DNA from: Methanobacteriota archaeon
GTDB taxonomy: Archaea > Thermoplasmatota > Poseidoniia > Poseidoniales > Thalassarchaeaceae
Reading direction: 5' to 3'
DNA: 64,000 nt
NCBI GenBank assembly: GCA_016845345.1
Contig: JAERSV010000057.1
Coordinates: forward strand, 183-64,182
The position numbers were made by a program, and so were the translations under genes. The notes under the pieces were generated by a model, which searched no databases, had not been told where the DNA came from, and saw only the letters and a program-made list of their open reading frames with translations. Below are positions 48,967 through 58,652 of the stretch, one piece after another; the first letter of the stretch is position 1, and each line of letters begins with the position of its first letter.

Positions 48967-49739
48967 TCGTTCACCCTACCTGTTGACATGAATAATTTTT
49001 TCTTCTGGTCAGCACTGACCTTGGATTTGTTGAGGTTTTGCAATGCATTGTAAGTTGCACGCGCGAAATTGATTGTGGTTCTGGTTTGTCCGTGGGTTCG
49101 TGAGTAGATATCGGTAACTCCAGCCAAACGTAGTACTACCCTACCCTTTGAACCGATGACTAGGCCCTTACCTGCAGGGGCTGGGATTAGAGTTACTCTC
49201 GTAGAGCCTGCTCGTCCTGTAATCTTGAATGGTACACTAGAACCTGCACCACCACCTGATTCCCAAGAACCATTACCACGCATTACTGGGATAATGTTGA
49301 GTTTTGCATTGTCGATCGCTTTGCGAATTGTTGCCGCGACTTCCTTCCCCTTGACCATTCCAAGACCAACGTATCCGTTGTTGTTACCAACAGCGGCCAT
49401 GACATTGAACCGAACTCTTCGTCCGCTGTCAGTCATACGCTGAATCATATTGACATTGATGACTTCATCTTCTAAGCCTGGAAGTAGGGCGTCGACAATT
49501 TCAACCTCACGAATTGGCAAACGACTATTCATCGCTTGCTCAAAAGTTGTGATTTCACCATTTCGGACCATTCTACCCAAGCGTGTTTTTGGAGTCCAAG
49601 AGCGGAGGTTAGCCATTGCATCATAACCACCCTTTCGACGGCGATGACGGCCTTGTTCAACTTCTGGCTCAGGAGTGTATGCGAGTGCAAGACCTGGTGC
49701 TACTTCGACTGTATCGGGTGCTGGCTGTTCTTCTGTCAT
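48963..49739 (-). CDS. rps5: 30S ribosomal protein uS5
   Basis: [35 protein letters not shown]. Confidence 0.97.
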   Translation of the reverse strand: MTEEQPAPDTVEVAPGLALAYTPEPEVEQGRHRRRKGGYDAMANLRSWTPKTRLGRMVRNGEITTFEQAMNSRLPIREVEIVDALLPGLEDEVINVNMIQRMTDSGRRVRFNVMAAVGNNNGYVGLGMVKGKEVAATIRKAIDNAKLNIIPVMRGNGSWESGGGAGSSVPFKITGRAGSTRVTLIPAPAGKGLVIGSKGRVVLRLAGVTDIYSRTHGQTRTTINFARATYNALQNLNKSKVSADQKKKLFMSTGRVNE

Positions 49740-49743
49740 TTAT

Positions 49744-50253
49744 TCAGGCCCCCTTGATTGCCTTCTTGCTGGCTTCAACAGATTTTGCAAGTTTATCAGA
49801 AATGTGATTTCCTGCAATTCTGCCATCATCTGGTAAAATTTCTTCACCATGTGGAATTTCAAGTCCACCATCTACCATTCCCTTTAGGGCGGCGAACACT
49901 CGGTTTCCTTTTGTTGAAGCACTTAGACCAATGTCTAGAACCGCGCTTCCATGGCCAGCATCGCTTGCTTTCTTTGCTAATGCCATTCCTGCAATGTAAC
50001 AAGCAGGAACTGATTTTCGAGATGCATCCTTTGGCCACTTGAAATCTGAAACTATTGATGCACCAGTTGCTGCAGCAATTACTTTGTCACCATTAGGCTC
50101 GTAAGCAACGAGTTGGCAAATCACTTGAGTATTGGTTACCCGAACTACAGCCCTTGGCTGCCCTCCGCGTAGTAACTTGAGTCGGCGCCGGTAATCTGTC
50201 AAACCGTGTTCACGGCGAGCATATTTGCGTCTCTGATTCTTTCCGTGTGCCAT
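49744..50253 (-). CDS. rpl18: 50S ribosomal protein uL18
   Basis: RREHGLTDYRRRLKLL, AVLDIGL, GMVDGGLEIPH. Confidence 0.96.
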   Translation of the reverse strand: MAHGKNQRRKYARREHGLTDYRRRLKLLRGGQPRAVVRVTNTQVICQLVAYEPNGDKVIAAATGASIVSDFKWPKDASRKSVPACYIAGMALAKKASDAGHGSAVLDIGLSASTKGNRVFAALKGMVDGGLEIPHGEEILPDDGRIAGNHISDKLAKSVEASKKAIKGA

Positions 50254-50729
50254 TATTCATCGCCTCCAACTTTGATGCCATCGAGTTTCATGTTCGTCTT
50301 CATGTGAGCAATACTTCGGTATGAGTTACCCTTTGCCTTTCGGTAGTAGTATCGATATTGGCTCGCTTCTAATGTTCCATCATCACGCATCTCTTTGAGT
50401 ACTCGACGTTGTGAACGAATAGTTCGCATCCAGCGTTGCTTTCGTGGGAATCGTGCATTTGCAGTACCACTTCTCTTGCCTTGCCCTTTACGGCGCCCCT
50501 TGGCTCTTTGAGCCGCGGTTTTGTTAGCGCGTACACGACTTGTCCCCTGTACTGGCTTTGCCTTGATGTAGCCCATTTCAATCAATTCGCGAATGTCTTC
50601 CTTTTGGACAGCACTACTTACCTGCTCGAGGTAGTTATCGTTGATCCAAACACGGTTAAGACCAACTTCTTGGCCTAGTTGTCCTGAGAGAATCTCCGCT
50701 GCTAATCGCTTCTGGTTACTCAACTGCAT
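50253..50729 (-). CDS. rpl19e: 50S ribosomal protein eL19
   Basis: L.NQKRLAA, RVW, GRRKGQGKRSGT.NAR.P.K..WM..IR. Confidence 0.96.
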   Translation of the reverse strand: MQLSNQKRLAAEILSGQLGQEVGLNRVWINDNYLEQVSSAVQKEDIRELIEMGYIKAKPVQGTSRVRANKTAAQRAKGRRKGQGKRSGTANARFPRKQRWMRTIRSQRRVLKEMRDDGTLEASQYRYYYRKAKGNSYRSIAHMKTNMKLDGIKVGGDE

Positions 50730-51394
50730 CAGATATTCCTCCTTCGGTTTAAGACTCGAATTCCTAATTCGTCAGCCTTCTCGTGAATTGCTGCTCGCTT
50801 TCGGTTTCCTACTCGCTTGCCTATTCGTGCTGCTTCGACTTTAGGGTCAATCTGGTCAAGGTCATCAGGTCGGTGGACCATGATTTCACTGAATCCAGAT
50901 GGGTGAAGGCCACGCGCATCTGCAACCTTTCCAAAACCAACTCTAGCCATCGGAGTGCGCCATCTCTTGTTTTTGCGTTGTTTACTATCCATACCCTTGG
51001 GCTTTCGCCATCCAGTTCTAGACAATCGCTTGTATCGATACCACTCTTGGCGGCGGAATGCAGGTTGCTTCTTGGCTTGTGCTGAACGAGTTGCTAGTGC
51101 ATCTTTCGTTGTATCACTCAGTTCTGGCTTTTGGCGTGCAACGTGAATCATCTCCTCATCGTCCCACTCCTCATCGAAATCATCGAAGTCGTCGTCATCG
51201 TCATCAACATCTTCGGAGACATCGTCAACAGTTTCGGTAGCGACTTCTTCAATTTCTTCAACAACATCACTTGAGTCGCCTGCACCTTCTTCTAATCGAA
51301 CTATCAAGTCAGCCTTCTTCCCTGAAACAGGTAATCCAGCTTCCTTCAGCAATTCTTTCAGTTCTGCAACTGTCATATCACTATATTCAGACAT
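50729..51394 (-). CDS. rpl32e: 50S ribosomal protein eL32 with N-terminal SAP domain and acidic linker
   Basis: PAFRRQEWYRYKRL...WRKPKG.DSK.R, GLHPSG, I.VLN; N-terminal MTVAELKELLKEAGLPVSGKKADLIVRL. Confidence 0.95.
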   Translation of the reverse strand: MSEYSDMTVAELKELLKEAGLPVSGKKADLIVRLEEGAGDSSDVVEEIEEVATETVDDVSEDVDDDDDDFDDFDEEWDDEEMIHVARQKPELSDTTKDALATRSAQAKKQPAFRRQEWYRYKRLSRTGWRKPKGMDSKQRKNKRWRTPMARVGFGKVADARGLHPSGFSEIMVHRPDDLDQIDPKVEAARIGKRVGNRKRAAIHEKADELGIRVLNRRRNI

Positions 51395-51407
51395 ACATCA
51401 TACCTCC

Positions 51408-51962
51408 TCAGTTTGCCCCCTTCGAGACAATGTATACTCCATCTTGGAAAATTCTGCGGTCACGGTGGCGTATCTTACACGAACGCTCAATTATTGCCGC
51501 TGTTTGACCAACCTTCTCTCTGTCAACTCCAGAAACGATAACATCGCTCTTATTCTCAACCTTGACTTGTACATCAGTTGGTGTCCACTTTAGGTCTGCG
51601 ACCCTAGGTACCTTTTCACCAAATAAATTCTTGATTTCAAATGATGAGCCATTTACAGTCATAGTCATTGGAAAGTGAGAGTAAACTGCCTTGAGGCGGT
51701 ACTCAAAACCATCCGTAACTCCTGTCATCATGTTATTGATGTGAGCCTTCCAAGTACCACATATCGCCTTTTCTTTACTTCTTGGCAATTCACATTGGAC
51801 GACTACATTGTCACCATCCAAAGAAACGTTTACTTTGGTGTGGGAAAACTCTCTCGAGGTTGACCCATTTGGACCAGTCAAAGATAAGGTAGCCTCGTCA
51901 ACAGTTGCTGAAACACCCTCTACGAGAGGTATTAGATGAATAATCTGATCTAATTTCACCAT
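51408..51962 (-). CDS. rpl6: 50S ribosomal protein uL6
   Basis: GPNG, VYSHFPM, NLFGEK.PR, VGQTAA.IE, DRRIFQDGVY. Confidence 0.96.
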   Translation of the reverse strand: MVKLDQIIHLIPLVEGVSATVDEATLSLTGPNGSTSREFSHTKVNVSLDGDNVVVQCELPRSKEKAICGTWKAHINNMMTGVTDGFEYRLKAVYSHFPMTMTVNGSSFEIKNLFGEKVPRVADLKWTPTDVQVKVENKSDVIVSGVDREKVGQTAAIIERSCKIRHRDRRIFQDGVYIVSKGAN

Positions 51963-51972
51963 AGTAATCACC

Positions 51973-52362
51973 TCAGAACACGTAGGCCAATAATCGGCCT
52001 CCGATTGAACCCTCCTTAGCATCATAATGGTGCATTACACCTTGATTTGTTGTCATTAAGAGAAGGCCGAAATCTTGAGCAGGGAGGTATCTTGACTCCC
52101 ACTTATCGAATTCTGCCCACTTCACAGCATGGCGTGGTTTGATTACACCACACTTGTTGATTGCACCAACCAACTCGATTCTGTAGCCGCCTCCGCGACC
52201 ATTCTCTATCTTCTCGTATTCACCGATGTAGCCACGCTCAGACATAATGCCAAGAAGGCTGCCAAGCAGATTACTCGCTGGGTTTACTGTAACTTCGTAG
52301 TGTCCGGCTTGCTCCGCATTGAAAATGCTTACAAACGCGTCATTTAATGGGTCAAATTGCAT
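51973..52362 (-). CDS. rps8: 30S ribosomal protein uS8
   Basis: DPLNDA, GYIGE, GAINKCGVIKPR, YLPA.DFG.L..TT.QG.M.H. Confidence 0.96.
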   Translation of the reverse strand: MQFDPLNDAFVSIFNAEQAGHYEVTVNPASNLLGSLLGIMSERGYIGEYEKIENGRGGGYRIELVGAINKCGVIKPRHAVKWAEFDKWESRYLPAQDFGLLLMTTNQGVMHHYDAKEGSIGGRLLAYVF

Positions 52363-52376
52363 ATCTTCATCCCTCC

Positions 52377-52529
52377 TCAACTGTACTTCTTGAATCCTAT
52401 TTCCGGCGCGATATCCCGGAAGCACTGGCGGCATAGTCGAAGACCATGCCGGCGAATCATACCTCTTTTACGGCCACACCGACGGCATCCCGACTCACGG
52501 CCAATACGAATTCCTGCATCTTTTCCCAT
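52377..52529 (-). CDS. rps14: 30S ribosomal protein uS14 (Zn-binding)
   Basis: CRRCG...G.IRRHGL.LCRQCFR..A.EIGFKKY. Confidence 0.96.
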   Translation of the reverse strand: MGKDAGIRIGRESGCRRCGRKRGMIRRHGLRLCRQCFRDIAPEIGFKKYS

Positions 52530-52531
52530 CT

Positions 52532-53056
52532 TCACTCCTCCAGTAGTGTTAATCCGAACTGTTCTTTGAACCAAGTCTGTCCCTCTGCTCGTGTAACACG
52601 GTGAGAAACAGGTACCTTTGCCTTCAAACGTCGGCGCCGACTAACCCTGTGACCAGGCCTCTCAAGTACGACATTGATGTCCATACCAAAGATTCCAATA
52701 TCTGGGTCATATTTCATTTCAGGGAAATCTGTGTAATCAGCGATACCAAAAGACAGGTTGCCTTGCATATCAATATTGTAAGCAGGTAGAGTCTTTTCTC
52801 GTACCCAAAAAGCATCCTCAAGGAACTTCTTGATTTTTTCAGGGTCTCGAAGTGTAACCTTGCATCCGATTGGAGCACCCTCGCGAATCTTCAATTCACG
52901 GTTTGTGGTTTTTCCAATTGTTCGAACCGGATTTCCATCAGTAATCAAAGATAGAACTTGTTCTGCAAGTTGTAATCGGGCACCACCCTCACCAACACCG
53001 ATGTGGCAAGTGACCTTAGTGATTCGAGGTTCTAGCATAGGGTTAGCATTGCTCAT
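52532..53056 (-). CDS. rpl5: 50S ribosomal protein uL5
   Basis: [37 protein letters not shown]. Confidence 0.97.
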   Translation of the reverse strand: MSNANPMLEPRITKVTCHIGVGEGGARLQLAEQVLSLITDGNPVRTIGKTTNRELKIREGAPIGCKVTLRDPEKIKKFLEDAFWVREKTLPAYNIDMQGNLSFGIADYTDFPEMKYDPDIGIFGMDINVVLERPGHRVSRRRRLKAKVPVSHRVTRAEGQTWFKEQFGLTLLEE

Positions 53057-53745
53057 TCACCCACCTCCGGCAAATTTGTGTCACCAATAACGAATACATT
53101 TCTCTCAACAGTTCCAAAATCGGTGAACGATACTTCGTTTTCCATACTTGAGCGCTTTACAGTCAAACTCTGAATTGCTGTTATTGTCCCCACGTGGCTT
53201 CCACCAACTAAGTAGGCATTTGTGCCATCAGTAAATGGAACGTGAGAGATTATTTTCTGGTCTGGCAAAGAAATCACAAGGCTATCCCCTGTCTTGTACA
53301 GATTTGCGTCATCGGCAAGAATATTTCTTCCGTCATGAAGGTTATACTGAGTAACTCCTCCACGTACTGTGTTCTTTCCATTAACTCTGCAAACCTTTGA
53401 TTTTGCATCTTTTGCGGAAATTTCAGGGTATCGTAATTTCCCACTTTGGTCGAGAATACAACGGTAGTTTTGCTCCCCAATTGTAAGGACATCCATCAGA
53501 CCAACACCTCGGTCAGCACTCTTTGGAACTACACCATCAACCATTAGATTTCGAGTTGCAAGCATTCGCTTGACTTCACGCTTTGTTTGAGCCAAACCAA
53601 GTTCGTCACGGACAACAACAGTCAATGACATGCAGAGGTCGATTGGATGACCACAAGGGTCTGGCTTGGAAATCCAGACGGTGGTCTTTCGTGCACCTGC
53701 CCAACTTCGGGGCATTGCCAATCGCTTCTTGTGATTTGCACTCAT
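53053..53745 (-). CDS. rps4e: 30S ribosomal protein eS4
   Basis: HKKRLAMPRSW, P.GH, VGLMDV, NLHDGRNI, GGSHVG. Confidence 0.96.
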   Translation of the reverse strand: MSANHKKRLAMPRSWAGARKTTVWISKPDPCGHPIDLCMSLTVVVRDELGLAQTKREVKRMLATRNLMVDGVVPKSADRGVGLMDVLTIGEQNYRCILDQSGKLRYPEISAKDAKSKVCRVNGKNTVRGGVTQYNLHDGRNILADDANLYKTGDSLVISLPDQKIISHVPFTDGTNAYLVGGSHVGTITAIQSLTVKRSSMENEVSFTDFGTVERNVFVIGDTNLPEVGE

Positions 53746-54170
53746 TATTCATCGCCTCCGTTTCGCTCTTCCAATTTCTTCAAGCGGACAACATCGCCAT
53801 CATCAATTTTAGTGACAACAACATTAGATGCATGTAGTGGAATTCCTTCTGCTTTACTTTCAGCGGTTGAATGGCTAACACCTTCTACAAAGATACGACC
53901 TGTTCTAACATCAACTCCGATGACGTTAGCTTCAATCCCTTCCTTACCGCGGGTGCCGCCAAGACGCTTGCCACCCTCTTCCTTGTCATGACCAGGGTTA
54001 CCCCAGTCACCTCTGTGAACTGAAACTATGTCGCCAACTCGAATAGTGACATTACGGACATTAGGGAATGCTGGGTCAAGGCAGCGAGCACGTATGCGCT
54101 TACGCTTGGTATGAATTGGCGCTTTTGCTGCGTTCTTTCGCTGCTTGTTTGGTTTCGTACTACTCATCAT
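53745..54170 (-). CDS. rpl24: 50S ribosomal protein uL24
   Basis: S.KP.KQRK...AP.H, IRVGD.V.V.RG, P.HASNV. Confidence 0.94.
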   Translation of the reverse strand: MMSSTKPNKQRKNAAKAPIHTKRKRIRARCLDPAFPNVRNVTIRVGDIVSVHRGDWGNPGHDKEEGGKRLGGTRGKEGIEANVIGVDVRTGRIFVEGVSHSTAESKAEGIPLHASNVVVTKIDDGDVVRLKKLEERNGGDE

Positions 54171-54176
54171 ATCACC

Positions 54177-54578
54177 TCAAACAATCTGTTTCGCAGTTGC
54201 TGCGATCCTCGGCCATCTTTCTGCCGATTCACGGGAAACGGGTCCCTTGATATCAGTTCCAATCAATTCTCCACGCTCGTTGGATACTAACACACATGCG
54301 TTGTCTTCGAATTGAACACGTGTACCATCTGCACGAGTATATGCACGCTTCTGACGTACTACTACTGCGCGGAATACTTGTCGGCGACGTTCTGGAGTTC
54401 CTCTTCGGACTGTGACGTTAATCATATCACCAACACCGGCTGATGGATATCGGCGAGCAACCCCACCAAGATTTAGCACTGAAATCAACTGAACAACTTT
54501 TGCTCCGCTGTTATCAATACAGTTCATCTTTGACTCTGTTGGCAGACCGCGTGTTACACGACTTGAAATCCCCTTCAT
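54177..54578 (-). CDS. rpl14: 50S ribosomal protein uL14
   Basis: CIDNSGAK, AGVGDM, AVVVRQ, FEDNA.V, GPVSRE.AERWPRIA. Confidence 0.97.
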   Translation of the reverse strand: MKGISSRVTRGLPTESKMNCIDNSGAKVVQLISVLNLGGVARRYPSAGVGDMINVTVRRGTPERRRQVFRAVVVRQKRAYTRADGTRVQFEDNACVLVSNERGELIGTDIKGPVSRESAERWPRIAATAKQIV

Positions 54579-54907
54579 TCTGAATCACCTCTCTCAATAA
54601 CACAGAAATTTACTGTCTTAGAAATTGGTCGACACTCCATAATTCGTACCGAGTCTCCAACATTTACATCACCAATACAACTTGGTAAGTGAGCTGAATA
54701 ACGACGGGTTCTCTTCTCAATTCTTTCGAACTTCTTCATGTGACGTGTGTGTTGTCTCTCTACAACGATTGTTTGCAACATGCCAACTCTTGACACTGTC
54801 CCTTCAATAATCTGACCACGAACTCTCAAACTTCCATAGAATGGACAATTTGAATCGCCATCCCATTCGCCCTTTGGCTCTATCACGTCAATACCGATGT
54901 CTCGCAT
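54575..54907 (-). CDS. rps17: 30S ribosomal protein uS17
   Basis: MRDIGIDV..P, CPFYG.L.VRG, ECRPISKT; start at ATG 54907 after GGAGG. Confidence 0.96.
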   Translation of the reverse strand: MRDIGIDVIEPKGEWDGDSNCPFYGSLRVRGQIIEGTVSRVGMLQTIVVERQHTRHMKKFERIEKRTRRYSAHLPSCIGDVNVGDSVRIMECRPISKTVNFCVIERGDSE

Positions 54908-54908
54908 T

Positions 54909-55163
54909 TCAGTTCCTCCTGTATTTTCTTTGAATTCTGTCTTCTGGCCTTTGACAGACCTTCGACCCGACAACAGGTTCACTGTTGTCAATTGTAAAAT
55001 CAATTGTATTCTTAGCAAAAATGGACATTCCATCATGCTCCTCAACTGTAACCGTATTTCGTGATTCACTAACCACGGTACCTGAACGACCTACGAGACT
55101 AGGATCGGTGGAAGATACCACCTCAAGAGTACTAGCTAACCATGATGTGTGCCAGTGTTCCAT
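54909..55163 (-). CDS. rnp1: RNase P protein component Rpp29/POP4
   Basis: V..STDPSLVGRSGTVV.ESRNT, G....RPEDR; canonical operon position. Confidence 0.88.
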   Translation of the reverse strand: MEHWHTSWLASTLEVVSSTDPSLVGRSGTVVSESRNTVTVEEHDGMSIFAKNTIDFTIDNSEPVVGSKVCQRPEDRIQRKYRRN

Positions 55164-55463
55164 TCAGCGCACCTCCACTTGGTAACCATTTTGCTCTAGT
55201 ACTTTCGCGACCCTTTTCTTGTGGTCCCCTTGAAGTTCGATGACTCGCCCTTTTACTGTGCCACCACTAGCACATGAGGACTTCAGAGTCTTGGCAAGTT
55301 TGTTGATATCAATAGCAGTATCTTCTATTCCTTCTACTATTGTGACCATCTTACCATACCTCCTTCTAACAGTTGAAATTATTGCTTTTTGTTGCTCCTT
55401 TGCTATTTCTTGACAAATACATAATTCTTCAGGTAGGCCGCATAGATTGCAGATACTTGCCAT
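55164..55463 (-). CDS. SUI1-family translation initiation factor (aIF1)
   Basis: C..CGLPEELCIC.EIAKE, RRYGK.VT, LKS..A.GGT.K...IELQGDH. Confidence 0.95.
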   Translation of the reverse strand: MASICNLCGLPEELCICQEIAKEQQKAIISTVRRRYGKMVTIVEGIEDTAIDINKLAKTLKSSCASGGTVKGRVIELQGDHKKRVAKVLEQNGYQVEVR

Positions 55464-55470
55464 TAATTTC

Positions 55471-55674
55471 CTACTCCTGTCTTGATTCTAGCATCTTTGT
55501 TTTGAGGCGAGCGATGCTTCTCTTCACTTGCTTGTATGCTCCTGGATTACTTGCTGAACCGCCCAGAGCTTGCTCTGCACGCAACAAAAGCATCTCCTCT
55601 TGCAATTCATTCAGGCGCTTCTTGCGTGCCTCAAGAGACATATTGTCAATTTCACGAGCAGTTAGGTGAGTCAT
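55471..55674 (-). CDS. rpl29: 50S ribosomal protein uL29
   Basis: AREI..MS...R...L.EL, NPG...VKR.IARL.T. Confidence 0.93.
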   Translation of the reverse strand: MTHLTAREIDNMSLEARKKRLNELQEEMLLLRAEQALGGSASNPGAYKQVKRSIARLKTKMLESRQE

Positions 55675-56558
55675 TCAACTGCCTCCTCTTCTTGTGATGG
55701 TTCAGCATCGGTAGCCTCTGCTTCTGCAGATTCTTCCTCTGACCCTGATTCTGATTCTTCAGAAGCGTCATCGTCGTCATCTGTTGATTCTTGAGTAACT
55801 GCTTCTTGTTCTTCTTGCAATTTTTCAAGTGATGCCAGTTCTTCGGCTGCTTCTTCTTCTGAAAGCGATTCTTCGATGATATCTTCGGTGCCTTCTGTGC
55901 CAGCCATTGCTGGAGCGATGTACGGACCTAAGCCTGCATCAATTCTGCTGATAATGTCAACTTCATGTGGTAATTTTGTTCCTGGCTTCATTATTGCAAC
56001 TGTGCAACCAATGGTTCCAAGTTTTACAACAGCAGTTGCTTGACCAACGTCCATGTGTGTAAGTGCAGTCTCCCCACAATACTTGATGTGCCCTTTGAGG
56101 AACTTCTCAGTACGGTGTCGTGAACCTGTTAATTTACCTGCAATGATTACTAAGCAACCTTTTGCACCTGCCTCAATGACATTGAGTACACTACTGTGAC
56201 CTGCTCTCCGGAAGTACCATCCTCGCTCTAGAGCACTAGCCAACTTACTTGCCATAACCTGAGCATTAAGTGCTGGATTCTCAATTTCTTCAACTTGTAA
56301 TTTTGGATTTTCCAAATTGAAGTCTGTTCGGATGCGTCGTTGAAGTTCATTGATGACTTTTCCACGGCGGCCAATTACCATACCAACTCTCTCAGCCTGC
56401 AAAGTGACTTTTGTACAGATGGATGTATTATCGAAAGCACGCTCAAAGTGTAATCCACCAAAACCAGCGCGCTCTGTTTCCTTTAGGAGATATTCGCGCA
56501 CCAACTGGCGCTCTACATTACGATCAACGAAATGACGGATTTGATTTACTTTTGCCAT
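55671..56558 (-). CDS. rps3: 30S ribosomal protein uS3 with acidic C-terminal tail
   Basis: AGFGG, GMVIGRRG, FRRAG, GAKG...I.GKLTG.R.R. Confidence 0.97.
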   Translation of the reverse strand: MAKVNQIRHFVDRNVERQLVREYLLKETERAGFGGLHFERAFDNTSICTKVTLQAERVGMVIGRRGKVINELQRRIRTDFNLENPKLQVEEIENPALNAQVMASKLASALERGWYFRRAGHSSVLNVIEAGAKGCLVIIAGKLTGSRHRTEKFLKGHIKYCGETALTHMDVGQATAVVKLGTIGCTVAIMKPGTKLPHEVDIISRIDAGLGPYIAPAMAGTEGTEDIIEESLSEEEAAEELASLEKLQEEQEAVTQESTDDDDDASEESESGSEEESAEAEATDAEPSQEEEAVE

Positions 56559-56571
56559 TATTTATGTCACC

Positions 56572-57111
56572 TCAGAAATCTCCATCATCTTCTTCATCAT
56601 CGTCGCCAAAGTATTCAAGGAACAATTCAAGATTTACCTTGTAATGGTTAGATGCTGTTGCGCGCCCACGCGCACGAGGGCGCTGATGTCGAGCAATTTG
56701 TCCGCGGTGTGCAGCCAAATGAGTGATTAGCATCTCTTCTGCCTCAATATCTTCGTGATGTTGACGAGCATTGTCCATTGCACTTTGAATTAATTTGATG
56801 TATACTTGTGAAGCGTTTCTCGGATATCGCCCTGGACCCATCTTTCCTTTTCTGTGCCCAGCCATAGTGTTACCACCACGACCTTTGCGTGAGCGAACAA
56901 CATAGGGAACTGCCTTTTTCTTAGCAATTACATCCTCAAGGAACTCAATTGCAGAACCGGCATACATACCCTTCAACTTGCGAGCGATTTGAACACAGTG
57001 CTTGTGATGTACATCTACACCAGTCACACGTGCGGTTGCTAGGCGATTACCTGTCAAAAACTGGGTGTAGCCAGATTGCGGTTTACTTCTATCTCTGCTC
57101 ATCCTTTTCAC
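56572..57111 (-). CDS. rpl22: 50S ribosomal protein uL22
   Basis: V.HKH.V.IAR, AVPY, AGHRKG, GRYP, PRARGRA. Confidence 0.95.
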   Translation of the reverse strand: MKRMSRDRSKPQSGYTQFLTGNRLATARVTGVDVHHKHCVQIARKLKGMYAGSAIEFLEDVIAKKKAVPYVVRSRKGRGGNTMAGHRKGKMGPGRYPRNASQVYIKLIQSAMDNARQHHEDIEAEEMLITHLAAHRGQIARHQRPRARGRATASNHYKVNLELFLEYFGDDDEEDDGDF

Positions 57112-57112
57112 C

Positions 57113-57613
57113 TCACTTCAATGCCACGTGCTTACTTGACCGGGTAGCACCAACACCAGGACCTGTGTGTACAGGCTTACGACGAGTCAATGCAAACTCG
57201 CCGAGATAATGACCAAGCATTTCAGGCTGTACTTCGATATTAACGAAATCTCGGCCATTGTAGATTCCAATTGACTTACCAACCATTACTGGTAGGACTG
57301 GCATATCTCTACGGTGGGTACGAACTACCTGCTCCGCTTCTGCTTCTGTGATTCGCTCTAAGAAATGTTCACACTCACGAGGAAGACCACGGTCTAGAGA
57401 ACGGCGAACACGTGAAGGTACCAACTCAATGATACTGACTTGGTCGGAACCATCCTCAGGTGGATAGAGTGGCATTTGTTGCAACTCTGGGATTGTGTAA
57501 CCTCGATAGGTGAACTCTCGCTTTCGGCGTTCCGCCACACCCATCTTTCTCTTCCTTGCTGCACGGCGGACCGCCTTTGGCTTACGGAATCCTTTGCTCT
57601 TTCTTCGTGCCAT
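57113..57613 (-). CDS. rps19: 30S ribosomal protein uS19
   Basis: FTYRG, RTH.RDM..LP.MVG..IG.YNG, GHYLGEFALTR..V.H..PG.GATRSS. Confidence 0.97.
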   Translation of the reverse strand: MARRKSKGFRKPKAVRRAARKRKMGVAERRKREFTYRGYTIPELQQMPLYPPEDGSDQVSIIELVPSRVRRSLDRGLPRECEHFLERITEAEAEQVVRTHRRDMPVLPVMVGKSIGIYNGRDFVNIEVQPEMLGHYLGEFALTRRKPVHTGPGVGATRSSKHVALK

Positions 57614-57619
57614 GAATCA

Positions 57620-58339
57620 TCACTCCTTCTTTTTCCCTCGCATCTTTCCAGTGCGACTAGGCGCAATGTGTCCGACCTTTTGGCCAGGTGGTGCAGTACG
57701 CGCGATTGAATTTGGTCCGTGAACCGCCTGATGGTTACCTCCACCGTGAGGGTGGTCAACTGGATTCATTGCCACACCGCTAACTGTAGGGTAGAGTTTA
57801 CCACGAGCCTTTGCCTTGTAATGTGCCGCTCCAGCCTTCATCAGAGGCTTTTCTGAGCGGCCATGTCCAGCAAGGATACCGATAGCTGCACGACATTTTG
57901 CTGGCAAATCCTTCAGACTACCTGAAGGCATTCGAATTCTTACTCTGTCACCCATACGGGTTTCTAGGATTGCAGAATTTCCACCACTACGGGCAATTCT
58001 GCCACCGTCACCGGGGCGAAGTTCCACATTGTTGATTGGTGTTCCTTCTGGAATTTGACCAAGTTCAGTGATATTTCCTGGCTTTAGACTGACATTACCA
58101 CCCATTGCAATCTCTTGACCGACTGCAATCCCTTCGGTTGCAACCAAGTGTGTTTCACTTCCGTCTTCAAAGCGGACCCTAACTAAAGGAGCGGTGTGAA
58201 CTGGGCTGTGAACTAACTCCATCACTGTAGCCACTTCCTCTACACCACGCGGAATGCGTGACGCGCCGGGGAAGCGGTGACTAGATACCCTGTTTTTGGG
58301 GCTTGAACCTCTGCGTTGTGCACGAATACGTTTTCCCAT
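57620..58339 (-). CDS. rpl2: 50S ribosomal protein uL2
   Basis: MGKRIRAQRRG, E..PGDGG..ARS.G, GVAMNPVDHPHGGG. Confidence 0.98.
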   Translation of the reverse strand: MGKRIRAQRRGSSPKNRVSSHRFPGASRIPRGVEEVATVMELVHSPVHTAPLVRVRFEDGSETHLVATEGIAVGQEIAMGGNVSLKPGNITELGQIPEGTPINNVELRPGDGGRIARSGGNSAILETRMGDRVRIRMPSGSLKDLPAKCRAAIGILAGHGRSEKPLMKAGAAHYKAKARGKLYPTVSGVAMNPVDHPHGGGNHQAVHGPNSIARTAPPGQKVGHIAPSRTGKMRGKKKE

Positions 58340-58355
58340 TTCTTCACCACCTTAA

Positions 58356-58652
58356 TCAGAAAGCACTCAACTTTTGTGCCGCTACATCCGCATCATATCC
58401 TGGCGCCATCTTGACGCTGGCATGCTTGCCAATCTTGGAAATACGAGTGTTTACTTTTGCAACCTTGACTTCAAACAGGCGCTCAACTGCCTCCTTGATA
58501 TCTGCTTTAGTAGCATCAGCATGAACAATAAATTCGAGGCGGTTGTTATTCTCGAAGTATCCTTCTTCAACATCCGCTACTCGACGAGCCTCGAGAGTTT
58601 TCTCAGTAATCCAAGGCATTACGATAACTTTGTATGGATCCATTTCAATCAC
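58356..58652 (-). CDS. rpl23: 50S ribosomal protein uL23
   Basis: P.ITEK, N.L.F.V...ATK..IK.AVE.LF.VKV..VNT. Confidence 0.94.
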   Translation of the reverse strand: MIEMDPYKVIVMPWITEKTLEARRVADVEEGYFENNNRLEFIVHADATKADIKEAVERLFEVKVAKVNTRISKIGKHASVKMAPGYDADVAAQKLSAF

